A stretch of 64,000 bases of DNA from Sphyrna mokarran (taxonomy: Eukaryota): positions 3,472,001-3,536,000 of the forward strand of contig JAGIQG010000040.1 of assembly GCA_024679065.1 (NCBI GenBank). The letters run 5' to 3'. Positions 1 to 11,939 of the stretch are shown in pieces. How positions within the stretch are numbered: the first letter of the stretch is position 1; the number at the start of each line of letters is the position of its first letter. A program made the position numbers and the translations under genes. The notes below the pieces were generated by a model. It saw only the letters and a list, made by a program, of their open reading frames with translations. It made no database searches and was not told the origin of the DNA.

Positions 1-51
1 ATCATCCCTTTTTGCATTATTCATTCCATCTTCATCAACATAAGCTCTAAA

Positions 52-703
52 GCAGTCAAGTCGATAAGGTTGTTAAGAAGGCATATGGAGTCTTAGCTTT
101 TATTGGTAGGGGGATTGAATTTCGGAACCGCAACGTCATGTTGCAACTGTACAAAACTCTAGTGCGGCCGCACTTGGAGTATTGTGTGCAGTTCTGGTCC
201 CCACATTATAAGAAAGATGTGGAGGCATTGGAGAGGGTACAGAGGAGGTTTACCAGGATGTTGCCTGGTATGGAGGGCAGGTCTTATGAAGAGAGGCTGA
301 GGGATTTGAGGTTGTTTTCATTAGAAAGGAGGCGGCTAAGAGGGGACCTTATCGAAACATATAAGATGATTAGAGGTTTAGATAGGGTGGACAGTGATAG
401 CCTTTTTCCTAGGATGGAGAAAGCTAGCACGAGGGGACACAGCTTTAAATTAAGGGGTGATAGTTATAGGACGGATATCAGAGGTAGGTTCTTTACCCAA
501 AGGGTGGTTCGGGAGTGGAATGCCCTGCCTGCAGCAGTTGTAGATGCGCCAAGTTTGGTGGCGTTTAAGAGGTTAGTTGATAAGTATATGGAAGAGAAGG
601 GAATGGTTTAGTTTGGAGGGTTATTGCTTTTTATAATGGTCGGCGCAACATCGAAGGCCGAAGGGCCTGTTCTGCACTGTAATGTTCTATGTTCTATGTT
701 CTA
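52..703 (+). mobile_element. 5'-truncated young CR1-clade LINE (ORF2 C-terminus, 3'UTR, (TTCTATG)n tail)
   Basis: ORF 138-611 LYKTLVRPHLEYCVQFWSPHY...RRRLRGDLIETYK is the typical CR1 ORF2 C-terminus; ends in tgttctatgttctatgttcta; near-identical to 30167-30823. Confidence 0.95.
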
Positions 704-1300
704 AACTTGCGACCAGTCAGTTCAATGTTTCTTTCCTTTTATGCTTGATTAGGGCTAATTTTGTCCAGTTAGCTTTTCCCCTATCAAGAGCTCGTGCTAT
801 GCTCCATTTCATGCCTTGCTGTTCATCCAGTTTTACTTCTATTACCCAATCTCCCGTTTGAAATTCTGGAAGTAACATAGCCCAACCCAGACCTGGTAGT
901 TTTCCATCTACTAGCGCCCATGCGTCACCTAGGATAAACTTTGAATTTCGCTTTGCTCTTCTAAAGTCTCCCAGCAAGGCGAATTTAATGATTTCGGCGC
1001 AAATAGCCTAATTTGTCCAGAAACATCTCTTTGTCTGACGCAGACAACGGAGTTTCTCTGGCAACAAAGATATCTTTACGCCCTGGATGAGTTAGTAATA
1101 CAGTTCAAATCGGTCCCATCTGAGCCGACGGCTCTCTTCCTCTCACAATAGCTCCAATACTTGACCTCTTTTGTCTCCCGCTCCTAAAAATGTGATGTTT
1201 CAATCTTCTGTGATAAATCATTCTACATGGTTATACTCAATTTCCTTCTGTACACTTCTCTGCGGCCATTTAACTAACTTGCAACATTTAATGGAGGCTA
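704..1300 (-). mobile_element. Possible decayed LINE endonuclease-domain remnant
   Basis: Minus-strand translation has an LLGDF motif preceded by ..DKEMFLDKL..; interrupted by stops. Confidence 0.25.
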
Positions 1301-1306
1301 ATTTCG

Positions 1307-1580
1307 TAACATAGAAATCATTGAATCTACAGTGCAGAAAGAGGCCCTTGAGCCCATTGAGTCTGCACCGAACACAATTCCACCCAGGACCTACCCCAGA
1401 TCCCTACATATTATACCCACTAATCCCTCTAACCTACGCATCTCTGGACACTAAGGGGCAATTTCTTAGCATGGCCAATCAACCTGACCCGCACATCCTT
1501 GGACCATGGGAGGAAATCGGAATACCCGGAGGAAACCCACGCAGACACAGGGAGAATGTGCAAATTCCACACAGACAGTG
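1307..1580 (-). mobile_element. HE1/V-SINE-type shark SINE (5'-truncated)
   Basis: Core ggacactaaggggcaattt..agcatggccaatcaacct..ggaggaaacccacgcagacacagggagaatgtgcaaa, recurring about 10 times in the window. Confidence 0.8.
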
Positions 1581-1948
1581 TAAAAAAGTCAAAAGAAAAA
1601 AAGACCTTCTGTGAAATGTGCGCTATTTCCTCTAGCTCATTTACAGTTTCACTTATATCTGTCTTTTTGAGCGCACACTATTATCAGATATTTCAGCTGG
1701 TGATTAACCATATTAGCTTGCTCCTCCATTAAAGTTTGTTGTAGACTGAATGAGATATGAATATATGCCTGGTGAAAAAAATCGAACTTTCCTGTCAGAG
1801 CATCAAAAAGGAGGTATTTCACAGAAAGTATTTGAGGGTGGAGTCAGAGCAATGATAACATGCCTTTAACGTCGATGCTCAAATAATGTTGAGCAACACC
1901 GTGGAATCAAGCAATTTTCCCTTCCACCACGCGAGAAAGCGTAATGAA

Positions 1949-2021
1949 TGTTTCTGCCTGGTTTCGAACCGGGTACTTTTCACGTGTTAGACGAACGTGA
2001 TAACCACTACACTACAGAAAC
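1949..2021 (-). tRNA. tRNA-Val(AAC), degenerate, possibly pseudogene
   Basis: RC = GTTTCTGTAGTGTAGTGGTTATCACGTTCGTCTAACACGTGAAAAGTACCCGGTTCGAAACCAGGCAGAAACA; two G:U pairs in the anticodon stem and a C:A mismatch in the T stem. Confidence 0.85.
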
Positions 2022-3112
2022 AACTTGGAATATACTAGAGCGAATTTGCCTGTCTGCAATGCTGAACTACACTGTGTTGTTCCAGGTTCTCATGGTTGGA
2101 CTGAGATTCCGTGTCACTTAATTCAGGAAGATAATCGTTACTTTCAATCTGATTGTGCGATTTATCCCGAACATCAAAATCTAAAAGCGTTCCTCTCGCA
2201 AATATCTAAGGGAGCAATGATTTCTGCCCATTCATTAATGCATCATTTTCATCTTTCTTCGGATAATCTCAAGCAATTGTGCTCAGTAATAAAAGCAAAT
2301 TACTGTGAACCAGGAAAGAGAAAATGCTGGAAAATCTCACAATGTCTGACAGCACCTGTAAGGAGTGAAAGCGCGGACGTTTCGAGTCCAGATGATACTT
2401 TATCAAAGCTCATTGTACAATTGTACCCAGTATTTGTTTCACTGTTTAGTATCAATGCATCATTTAACAGACAAGACATCATTATGAATTCAATATCTCT
2501 GAAATTGAACATTACTGAATTGCAAACACAACTGACTAGCAGAACGAACCGAATCACCGGGTAATACAGATCACAATTCTGAGATTAACTATCACCAGCT
2601 TTTAAACAAAGTCAAATACATTTAATGGGAGGAGAATCAACAATTTTCTGTTCGTGGCACTTGTTCCTCGTTTATTATGGAAGTGAAACATTCAGGTGCA
2701 TAACCTCCACCATTTACAGGAAAGTGCAGTAGATCCACACTGAGTCTCAATTCCCTGATCTGTCATCTGCTTTTCCTTTTTCTTGTGATGAAGAAAGATT
2801 TAAAAAAAAACTCCTGTGAAATGTGTGCCATTTCCTTCAGTTCACTTACATTATCACAAATTTGTCTTTTTGAGCACGCACTACTATCAAATATTTCAGC
2901 TGGTGATTAAGCATATTCGCCTGCTCCTCTAAACCCATTGAATTCTACGTAGATTGATCGAGATGCCCACTGTCAAAACCGAACTTCCCTGTCAGTGCGT
3001 CAAAGAAAAGTGTTTCTTATTTCGGAGAAAGCATTTGAGGGTGAAGTAAGAGCAATGATAACATGCCTTTAACATAGATGTTCCCTTAACCGACGTGAAA
3101 AAGCTTGATAAA

Positions 3113-3185
3113 TATTTCTGCCTGGTTTCGAACCGGGGAACTTCCGCGTGTTAGGCGAACGTGATAACCACTACACTACAGAAAC
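3113..3185 (-). tRNA. tRNA-Val(AAC)
   Basis: RC = GTTTCTGTAGTGTAGTGGTTATCACGTTCGCCTAACACGCGGAAGTTCCCCGGTTCGAAACCAGGCAGAAATA; A/B boxes intact; same T-stem C:A mismatch as the 1949 copy. Confidence 0.88.
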
Positions 3186-3522
3186 GGGTTGATGTGCATT
3201 AGAGAAAACCTGCCTGTCTGCAATGTTCAACTACGCTGTGTTGCTGCTGGTTCCGATGGTCAGAATGAGAGACCATGTCACTGAATTCAGGAAAATAACC
3301 GCTACATTCAATCTGATTGTACGATCTAACCCGAACATCAATATTTAAAAGTATTCGTGTCGCAAATATCTAAGGGAGCAATGATTTCTACCCATTTACT
3401 ATTCCACGATTTTCATCTTCCTTCGAATAACATAACGGCGACACTGAGTTCGCATGAGGTTCAGCAATGAACTTACATCATGTACACTTCACTCGTGCTT
3501 AATGAGAACGACCCAACAATAA

Positions 3523-3595
3523 TGCTCTGCTCGGTGTCGAACGCCGGATCTTTATGCCTGTGAGATGAACGTGACAACCACTACACTGAAGGAAC
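3523..3595 (-). pseudogene. tRNA-Val(CAC)-derived pseudogene
   Basis: RC = GTTCCTTCAGTGTAGTGGTTGTCACGTTCATCTCACAGGCATAAAGATCCGGCGTTCGACACCGAGCAGAGCA; Val D-arm and B box recognisable, stems broken. Confidence 0.7.
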
Positions 3596-3929
3596 GGCTA
3601 ATACCGTTCACTTGCTGTATCACATGTATGTCTTGTTGAGCACACAATATTATGAGACATGTTTCAGGTGGTGATTAAGTATGTTAGCCTGCACCTATTA
3701 ACCCATTAAATTGTGTTGTAGACTGAACGAAATGCTAACATGCGCACGTTGTCAAAATAGCAACCTTTCCTGCCTGTCAGTGCGTCAAAATATTCAATAT
3801 TTATTTGACAGGAAGCATTTGAGGCCGACGTCAAGCAAAGATAATATCAATCGGGATTCTGATAATGTTCAGCAACAAACTGAAATCGTACAGATTTTTT
3901 CTCAGCCGACATGAAGAACCTCAATGCAT

Positions 3930-3982
3930 CCTTCTGCCTCGTTTCGGAACGGGGTACTTTCCAAGCACCGTACTGCAGAAAC
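3930..3982 (-). pseudogene. tRNA-Val remnant with internal deletion
   Basis: Retains both ends (ttctgcctcgtttcggaacggggtactttc ... tactgcagaaac) in the same flanking context as the other Val copies; middle ~20 nt lost. Confidence 0.6.
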
Positions 3983-4480
3983 AAATGACGACATATCGCC
4001 GCCAGTCGGCCTGACTGTAATACTCAACTCTACTGCGTTGCTGCAGGTTCGCATGGTCAGAATGCCACTTAGTACAGGAACACATTCGTTCCGTTCAAAC
4101 TGATGCATCAACTTATCTTGTAATTCCAAATTTAAACGCGTTCCTCCGGCAAATGTCTCAGGGAACTCAATGAGTTAAAGCTCAATTGTTTTAGTTCAGA
4201 GTTCAGAAGATGTTGAGTAATTTTCTGCCCGATGGTGAAAGGTTCATTCTTGTCCAGCTCACAGCTCCTTTATCCTACATTTCATCCAATCAGCTCCGAG
4301 TGTCTTCATTCCCCAATCCATGAAGTCAGAGAGAAGAGCAAGAACTAATTGAATCTGTTCTCAGAGCAACGAGCTGCACAGAAGAACATCAGGGAATAGG
4401 GAAGAGGAGTTGCAATAGACCATTTACTCCTTAATTAGGGCTGGTTCTGCCATTGAATAAAACAGTTGTTTATCTCTCTC

Positions 4481-4720
4481 ACAGTAAGAAGTCTCACAAC
4501 ATTAGGTTATAGTCCAGGCGGTTTACATTGTAGCACGAGTTTTCGGAGTACTGTTCCATTATCAGGCGAGTTGAATTTTAAAACAGGGCATATTTAAACA
4601 CAGGCTCAATTGCAAGATAATGGCTGGAATGCGAGTCTTAACAGGGGATCAAGTCTTTGCAGGTACAGACAATGCGATGGAGAGGAGATAATGACATATT
4701 AAAGCGGTGTGAATTGTCGC
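4481..4720 (-). mobile_element. Penelope-like element fragment (pseudo-LTR) inserted into a CR1 3' end
   Basis: agtaagaagtctcacaac..aggttatagtcca...ttttcggagtactgttccattatcagg; related copies at 28655-28770 and 44545-44630. Confidence 0.55.
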
Positions 4721-4887
4721 TAACTCCATTTTCCCGCTAGCTCCCTATATCCCTTAATTCCCCGACAGACAATAAGTTTTTCCATTGCAGTCTGAAATGT
4801 ATTCAATGATGGAGCATCCACAATCCTCTTTGTGAGAGAGTTTCAAAGATTCACAACACTTTGCAAGAAGTATATTCCCTTGATCTC

Positions 4888-5145
4888 ATAGAACTACTGA
4901 ACTGCTGAAGCAGGCCATACAGCCAGTCTGACTCCGCAACGACTATCCGACTGACCACCCCATCAAGGTCCCATTTCCGCAGCATCACACGTTCATCCTG
5001 CTAATCCCCCTAATCTACACGTCTTTGGACACTAAGGGGCAATTTACTATAGCTAATCGACCAAACCTGCACGTATTTGTGGGAGAAAACCGGAGCACCC
5101 AGAGGAAACCTACGCATACACGGGGAGAATGTGAAAACTCCACAC
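4888..5145 (-). mobile_element. HE1-type SINE
   Basis: Same SINE core as 1307-1580. Confidence 0.75.
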
Positions 5146-5700
5146 TCTTTTTCCTGATACTGTTTTGATTCCCGCCCAGTGGAAACAATCGCTCAGCGCC
5201 CACCCTCTTGATCATTCTCATAAAAGGTTTATGAGAACGCCTTTTATTCCTCTAAACGCTAGAGAATTTCAGCCGAATCTACTCAACGCTTCACCACAGC
5301 ATAAACCCGTCCTCTTGGGGCAAACTAGTGACTCTTCACCGCACTGTTTTCAATGCAAGAATATCTCTTCTTAAATATGGAGACCAGCATTGAGCAGAAT
5401 TTTCCACACGGAATCTCAACAAACCCTGTTAACTGTAGTAATATCTATTTATTGTTGTAATCCAATCCTTTGACAAAAAAGGCCGAAATGCCATTTCCCT
5501 TTCTAACTGATTGCTAACAAACTAACTTCCTTGTACAAACAAGCGCTACCATCAGCTTTTCGAATGTGCCCCATTTTTGCTATTTTCACGATCGAGAGAA
5601 TAACTAATCACTTTGGGAATCTCGACTCTCATGCGACCTGGTTCATCTATCTTGAACCTCGTCACACCTACTCCACGGCTTAATGGGTATTGTAAGTTAA

Positions 5701-5773
5701 ATACTCCAGCGAGAGTCGAACTCGCGACCCCTAGTTTACGAGACCAGTGCTCTAACCACTGAGCTATGGAGCC
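5701..5773 (-). tRNA. tRNA-Thr(CGT), acceptor stem imperfect
   Basis: RC = GGCTCCATAGCTCAGTGGTTAGAGCACTGGTCTCGTAAACTAGGGGTCGCGAGTTCGACTCTCGCTGGAGTAT; G1:A72 mismatch. Confidence 0.85.
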
Positions 5774-6117
5774 AAGTGCCTCATGCTGTTTGCAGCGGGG
5801 TTGTCATAATCAGAGAAACAAGAAACAGGCTGGATTTCCAGTTGGGTGATTTTGAGTGGATGTATGAGCAATTGAGATGGACAACAGGAAGTTAAAAGAT
5901 GCGATGTGAAAGCAGCAGAATTAAGGCGTGTCAATCGCTTTCAGTGACTGTCATGTGTCTGCTTTGCGAATCTTCTTGGGAGCTTAATGTTGATTTCATA
6001 CTACTGATTTTTCCAGATATGATACAAGTTCATCCAGCTGAATGATTTACTTTATTACTTACTTCAAAGCCTCTCTGTGTTTTACATTTAATAAAGAATT
6101 CAATAAAAAAGTGTTCC

Positions 6118-6182
6118 ATCCTTGGCTAGAAACCAAACCCGGGTCACGGTGCTCGAATCCTCACCACGAGCATCCCAAGAAA
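6118..6182 (-). pseudogene. tRNA-Glu remnant
   Basis: aaacccgggtcacggtg..ctcgaatcctcaccacgag resembles the reverse complement of tRNA-Glu with the anticodon loop deleted. Confidence 0.45.
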
Positions 6183-7391
6183 GCTGATACGAGGGATTTG
6201 CAATTAATTGAACATTTCTCTACTCATTCCGGTTCAGGTCACTTTCACAACAAACACTATACAACACTCAGTCTGTCATCTTGTATCCAATTACAGCATA
6301 AAAAAAGCTCTTCTTTTTTCAAACTCTTTTGCCTCTGCTATAGAACAACTTCTACTTTCAAAATGTTCTGATTTTTTAACCGTTTGCCATGGAACCCGTG
6401 CTCTTGAGGGGAAAGAATTGACTCTGAACCATCAGACCACACGGGCTGTACAATCGCCAGCTCAGTAAGATCAAGGGAAAATAATGTGGATGCCCGAATT
6501 TGAAATACAAAAAGAAAATACTGGAGACACTCAGCAGGGTAGACCGAATCTGTGGAAGAACGTTTCAACCTTGACTCTGTTCCCTTTCCACAGGTACTGT
6601 CTGATCTGCTTCTCCAGCATGCGATGTTTCAGCATCACCAGCTCAATGTTGCCGTGTCCACTATCCCTTATGACAATTAACCATCCTGCCTGGCTCTCTA
6701 GCACAGACCTTCCTTCTTGAAAATTTTTGCCGAGTGATTCCTAAGTTTCGAATCAGAAGATGCAGAAAATTCTTCACAGGTCTCTTAATGTTGGTGGCAA
6801 ATCCTGAAATCTGAATGGCTTCGAAATTCAAAGTATTTGGAGACGGATGCTATATTTACGGATACACAGCAATAGCCAGACCTGAAGCAAGGTCGGATTC
6901 CTGATGGAGAAATTAAATTGGTTCCATAAGCCCATCTTTTGTCCACATCAATTTATATCCAGATTGCCTCTGCTTCTTCCTCCTGTCAAAACTAGGACTG
7001 ATGCATTCTACTGTTTTTCTTTGTTGACTTGAAAAGCAAAATGTATTGCATGATCTTAAAATAAATTAACATATGGCAGTGATGTGATTCCAGCACACTC
7101 TGCTGCAGTTATTGGTATGCTGAATTTATTGATATAAACTTGTCATCACCGCTATCAGAAGAAGCAATTGGCGTCATATCTGGTGCTGTCAGGAAACTGA
7201 ACAAATGGAGTGAGACAAAACCATAAATCCCACTCAGCCTGTTCCACCGTTTAATAATATCATGAAAAAATAAAATCACCTTAGTCCCAGCTGAATATAT
7301 GTTGTTATTGATTCATCTGATAATAAAAGGAAAATACTGCGGATGCTGGAAATCTGAAGTTGAAAACAAATAAGCTGGATCAACTGACGTA

Positions 7392-7770
7392 GTAAGAACA
7401 TAAGAACATTAGAAATAGGAGCAGGAGTAGGCCATACAGCTCCTCGAGCCTGCCCCACCATCCAATAAGATCATGGCTGATCTGTAGTGGTTCAGTACCA
7501 CTTTCTTGCTTTCTCCCCGTAACCCTTAATTCCCCTGTCAATTAAAAACCTATCCACTCTTGACTTGAACATATTCAGTGAGGAAGCCTCCACCACCTCA
7601 TCAGGCAGAGAATTCCAAAGATTCACCACCCTCTGCGTGAAGAAACCCCTCTGCAACTCCGATCTGAACCGCCACCCCCCCTAATCTTGAGGCTGTGCCC
7701 TCTAGCCCTGCTATCTTTGTTAAGCGGGAAGAATCTCTCAACCCCCTTATCCATCCCCTTCATTAGTCTG
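7392..7770 (-). mobile_element. CR1 LINE 3' end
   Basis: aagaacataagaacattagaaataggagcaggagtaggcc tail followed by ORF2 C-terminal sequence (ggcagagaattccaaagattcaccaccctctg). Confidence 0.75.
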
Positions 7771-8482
7771 GAGAAAACAGAGTGAACGTTTCAAATTTAA
7801 ATAATTATCCTCTAGGGATATTCATCTTATTTGTGTCACTTCGGATTCAGATGTTATACAAAAGTAAACAGAACAGTTCAAATACTGAGGACACTTTTTA
7901 TTAGGTAGCTGAAAATACTTGAAGTGCCGAAAGGCCTCCTTCTGACCATATTTCCCATATTCTAATTAGTGCCGTCAAGACGATGGTTATGGTGATGTAA
8001 ATGTGACAGCGTGGCTGGACAAGCGAGGATATAATTTCAGTTTCTAGTGCCTCTAGCGATTCTGCTTCAGTTCCTGCCTCTGTCAAATTTCCAACTGGTT
8101 TGCTCTTTGAGGAGTGCTTGTTTCCCCTGAGGCCTCTGCCACTCTTTGTTTGTGCCAATATGACTCAGCTCACCGATGTGAACAAGATTATTTTTCCAAC
8201 ACAAACTGATATATATTAGTTCAGAAGGTCATGTCAAAATGTTTCTGACAAAATTAATTAAGGTGAAAGATGTAAGGTGCGTTTGTTATGCTTAGAAGGA
8301 GCTGCAAAAAAAGAGATGTGAATGATGTTAGTGATGATTGTCAGGAGTGCATTGTAAGCTTGGCGATTTTGTAGGTCGAGGAAGTTTTGCATTTTGAAAT
8401 GAGAACAATATTAGATGCCAGTTGGAAAAGCACATTTGTTGTCCGCTTATTTTAGGACTTGAAGGTACGCTTTATGCAATGT

Positions 8483-8555
8483 GCCCGGCTAGCTCAGTCG
8501 GTAGAGCATAAGACTCTTAATCTTAGGGTCGTGGGTTCGAGCCCCACGTTGGGCG
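8483..8555 (+). tRNA. tRNA-Lys(CTT), apparently intact
   Basis: GCCCGGCTAGCTCAGTCGGTAGAGCATAAGACTCTTAATCTTAGGGTCGTGGGTTCGAGCCCCACGTTGGGCG; all stems pair; TTTT Pol III terminator at 8562-8565. Confidence 0.97.
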
Positions 8556-9002
8556 CCGATATTTTAAAACGTTGTTGTTTTCCTGGGTGAGCTCCAGCTC
8601 CCCATTACTCCGGTAATGTCACCGCTCAAAATGATCTTTTTCTTTAAGCCGCTTTGTTAATACCTCAGTTATTATTTTCTGAATGAAATGTGCCCCCATC
8701 CTTTGGAAGTCGGAGAGTTTAGTACTTAATTCAATGAGAAGTTTTTTTTCAAATCATTTAGCATCGGATTTGGACCCAGATCTGGGAAATATTTGTGTCA
8801 GTGGAAAAATAAAATCTATCCCATGATTAGCCAGATTTTTATTTTGCATCATCATTTCTATCGTCAAGGCTTTGTAACCTATCATTGTCTTTTCCTGTTC
8901 TTGATTTTCTGAGCATGACATTTCCAACTCAACGCAAAATGGTACATCTCCGTTATTTTCAGACAACAAATTAAATAAGAGTTGTGGCACAATAAATTTT
9001 CG

Positions 9003-9074
9003 TCCCCTGATGGGGAATCGAACCCGAGCCGCGGCGATAACAGCAATAAATCCTAACCACTAGGCCACCAGGGA
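9003..9074 (-). pseudogene. tRNA-Glu-derived pseudogene (anticodon now reads GTT)
   Basis: RC = TCCCTGGTGGCCTAGTGGTTAGGATTTATTGCTGTTATCGCCGCGGCTCGGGTTCGATTCCCCATCAGGGGA; anticodon stem unpaired. Confidence 0.85.
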
Positions 9075-9189
9075 TGCTACTGCACAGATACCGAATAAAA
9101 GAATTTTTACAGTGTCAATTATCCACCGTCACTCTTTCTCCTTCCAGCCTTGAGCATGGAGTTAAGTTTTGACATCCTTGAAGACTTGC

Positions 9190-9570
9190 TTCAGTTGCTC
9201 AGGATGTTGCTTATACCTCATTTGGAATACTGTGTGCATGTGGGTGTCCACTTTGAGGACAGGATAGTCTTCGATTGGTGACGTTACAGTAAAAGTTCAA
9301 TAGATTATCCTCTGGTCCTGAGAGGCCAGAGATTCTGGGCTGAAATTCTCTGTAGATTGACAGAATGAAAGACGATTTTATTGAAACCTATACAACAATG
9401 AATGGATTTAATCTGATGCATTCTGAAGTGTCTTTTCCACTCTCGGGAGAAACTAAAACACTTGGACATAGACTCAGGATAAGGGGCTGATCATTTAGGA
9501 CTGAATGATGAGAAATTAGTTCACTCAAAGTATTGTGAATCTTTGAAATTCTCTATTCCATAGGATGCTT
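9190..9570 (+). mobile_element. Old CR1 ORF2 C-terminal fragment
   Basis: cctcatttggaatactgtgtg (PHLEYCV), attgaaacctata, ttcactcaaagtattgtgaatctttgaaattctct motifs, heavily mutated. Confidence 0.6.
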
Positions 9571-9574
9571 CATC

Positions 9575-11935
9575 ATTTAAAAAAATATTCGTGGGACATG
9601 GGCATCGTTGGCTAGCCTACATTTATTGTCCATCTCTAGTTTCCCTTGAGAAGGTGATGGTGAGCTGCTTTCTTTAATCGCTGCAGACCATGTGCTGTGG
9701 GTTGACCCATAATGCCTTTAGGGAGGGAGTTCCAGGATATTGATCTAGCGACTGCGAAGGAATGCGATATATTTCCGAGTCAGGATGGTGAGTGGTTTGG
9801 AGGGTAAATTGCAAGTGGTGGTATGCCCATGTATCTGCTGCTTTCGTTCTTCTACGTGGAAGTGGTCGTGGGTTTAGAAGGTGCTGTCAAAAGATCGTTG
9901 ATGAATTGCTGCAGTGCATCTTGTAGATTTGCTGCGACTAAGCATCAGAGATGGAAAGGATGGATGATAGTAGAGGCAGTGCCAAACATGCAGGTTGTTT
10001 TGTCCTGAATGGTGACAAACTTTTGGAGCGTTGTTGGAGCTGCACCTATTCAGGCAAGTGGGTAGTATTCCATCACACTGTGCCTTGTCGATAGAGGTAG
10101 GCTTTGGGGAGTCAGGAGTTGAGTTACTCGCCACAGTTTTCCCAAACTCCGACCTGCTCTTGTAACTATTTGCGTTTATGTGGTGAGTCCAGATGCGTAT
10201 CTAGTCAATGCTCACCCCAAGTTGTTGACTGTGGGAGATTCAGTGACACTATTGTTAGAGTGTCTCTTGTCGGTGATGTCGTTCCCAGGCATTTGTGTGG
10301 CGCGGGTGTTACTTTTCACTTGTCAGCCCAAGCCTGGATATTGTCCCGATATTGTTGCATTTGAACGTTGGCTGCTCTCATATCTGAGGAGTCACAAATG
10401 GTGCGGAACAGTGTGCAATCATCGCGAACATCCCCACTTCTGATTTTATGCCGGAAGGAAGGTCACTGAAAAAGCAGTTGAAAATGGTTGGATCGAGGGC
10501 ATTACCCTGGGAGACTAGTGCAGAGATATTTTGGAGCTAAGATGACTGACCTTCCACAACCACAACTATCTTCCTGGTTATCAGATATGGCTCAAACCAG
10601 GGGAGAGTTTGTTCCCTGTTACCCATTGATTCTAAGTTTTCTGGGGCTATTTTGAAGCCGCACACGATCAAACATGACCTTAATATCAAGGGTTGTCACT
10701 CCCACTTCACCTCTGGAATTCAGCTCTTTCATCCACGTTTGAACCAAAGCTGTAACGAGATCGGGAGCTGAGTGACACTCGTGAAGTACAAACTGGGCGT
10801 CAAGGAACAGATTATGATTGAATAGGTGCTGCTTGATAGCACTGCTGAAGACCGCTAACATCACTGTACAGATGATCGAGAGTAGATTGATTGGGTGGTA
10901 ATTGACTGAGTAGAATTTGTCCTGTTGTCTATGTACAAGACATGCATGGGCAATTCTCTGCATTGTTGGTCGATGCGGGTGTTGCAACTGTACCAGAAGA
11001 GCTTGGCTACGGGAGCAGGGAGTTCAGGAACACAAGTCTTCAGCATTATTGCCGGAATGTCATCAGGATTCATGGCCTTTGCAGTATCCAGTGCTTCCAA
11101 CCATTTCTTGAAAGCACGTGGATTGAATCGAATTGGCTTGAGGCTGGTATCTGAGATGCTGCGGGACACTTGAAGGAGCCGACAAGCATCATCCTCTGGG
11201 CACTTCTGGGTGAAAATTGTTGCGAATGCTTCAGCATTATCTTTTACACTCATGTGCTGGGCTCTTCCATCATTGAGGATAGGAATATTTGCGGAGCCTC
11301 CTTCTCTAGTGATTTGTTTAATTCTCCATTCACGGCCGGATGTAGCAGGGCTTGGATCTGATCCGTTGATGGTGGGGTCTGTTATCTCGACCTATAACTT
11401 GCTATTTTTGCAGTTTGGCATAAAGTAGTCTGTTCTGGTAGCTTCACAAAGTCGACACTTCATTTTTTGGTGTGCCTGCTGCTGCTCCTGGCATGTGCTC
11501 TTGCACTCCCCATTGAACCACAGTTCATCCCCTGGCTTGAGTAGTGGTTGAGTGAGGAATACGCAGGTTGTACGTTGTGCTGGAGTCCAGTTCCATGCTG
11601 TTCAATGCCCATAGCGACTCATGGACTTCAACTCTTGAGTTGCTAGATCGTTTTGAAGTCTGTCCCATTTAACATGGTGATAGTGCCACACCACACGATG
11701 GAAGTTGTTCTCAACCTCAAGGCAGGACTACGCCTCCACAACGACTGTGTGGTGTTCACTCTTACCGAACTGTCACAGACAGATGTATCTGCAGCTGGCA
11801 GATAGGTAATGATCAGGCCAAGAGTGTTTTTTCCCTCTTGCTGGTTCCTTCATCACCTGCTGCAGACTCAGTCTAGCGATTATATTCTTTAGGGCACCAC
11901 TCACATGAACAATAACGCTGCTGCAGAACCACTTT
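9575..11935 (-). mobile_element. Decayed CR1/L2-group LINE with reverse-transcriptase domain
   Basis: ORFs 10861-11253 (KAMNPDDIPAIMLK) and 10619-10987 (YHPINLLSII..QF..HSAPDLVTALVQTW..LDIKVMFDRV) match non-LTR RT motifs; many frameshifts. Confidence 0.85.
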
Positions 11936-11939
11936 TGAG

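Larger units (their letters stand above)
1605..4170. repeat. Degenerate tandem duplication, three ~0.55-0.7 kb units each centred on a tRNA-Val
   Basis: Shared flanks (ttgagc.cac.ctattatca..tatttcagctggtgattaa.catatt; ctgtctgcaatg..caactac.ctg.gttg; cgcaaatatctaagggagcaatga) at ~1605-2270, ~2810-3430, ~3630-4170. Confidence 0.85.

Noticed and set aside
2025-2564. 179-aa ORF
   Set aside because: Runs across tRNA-cassette flank and a Penelope-type repeat; no domain pattern; the paralogous flank copies are not open
6380-6450. Second tRNA-Glu-like remnant
   Set aside because: Only scattered similarity; no foldable stems
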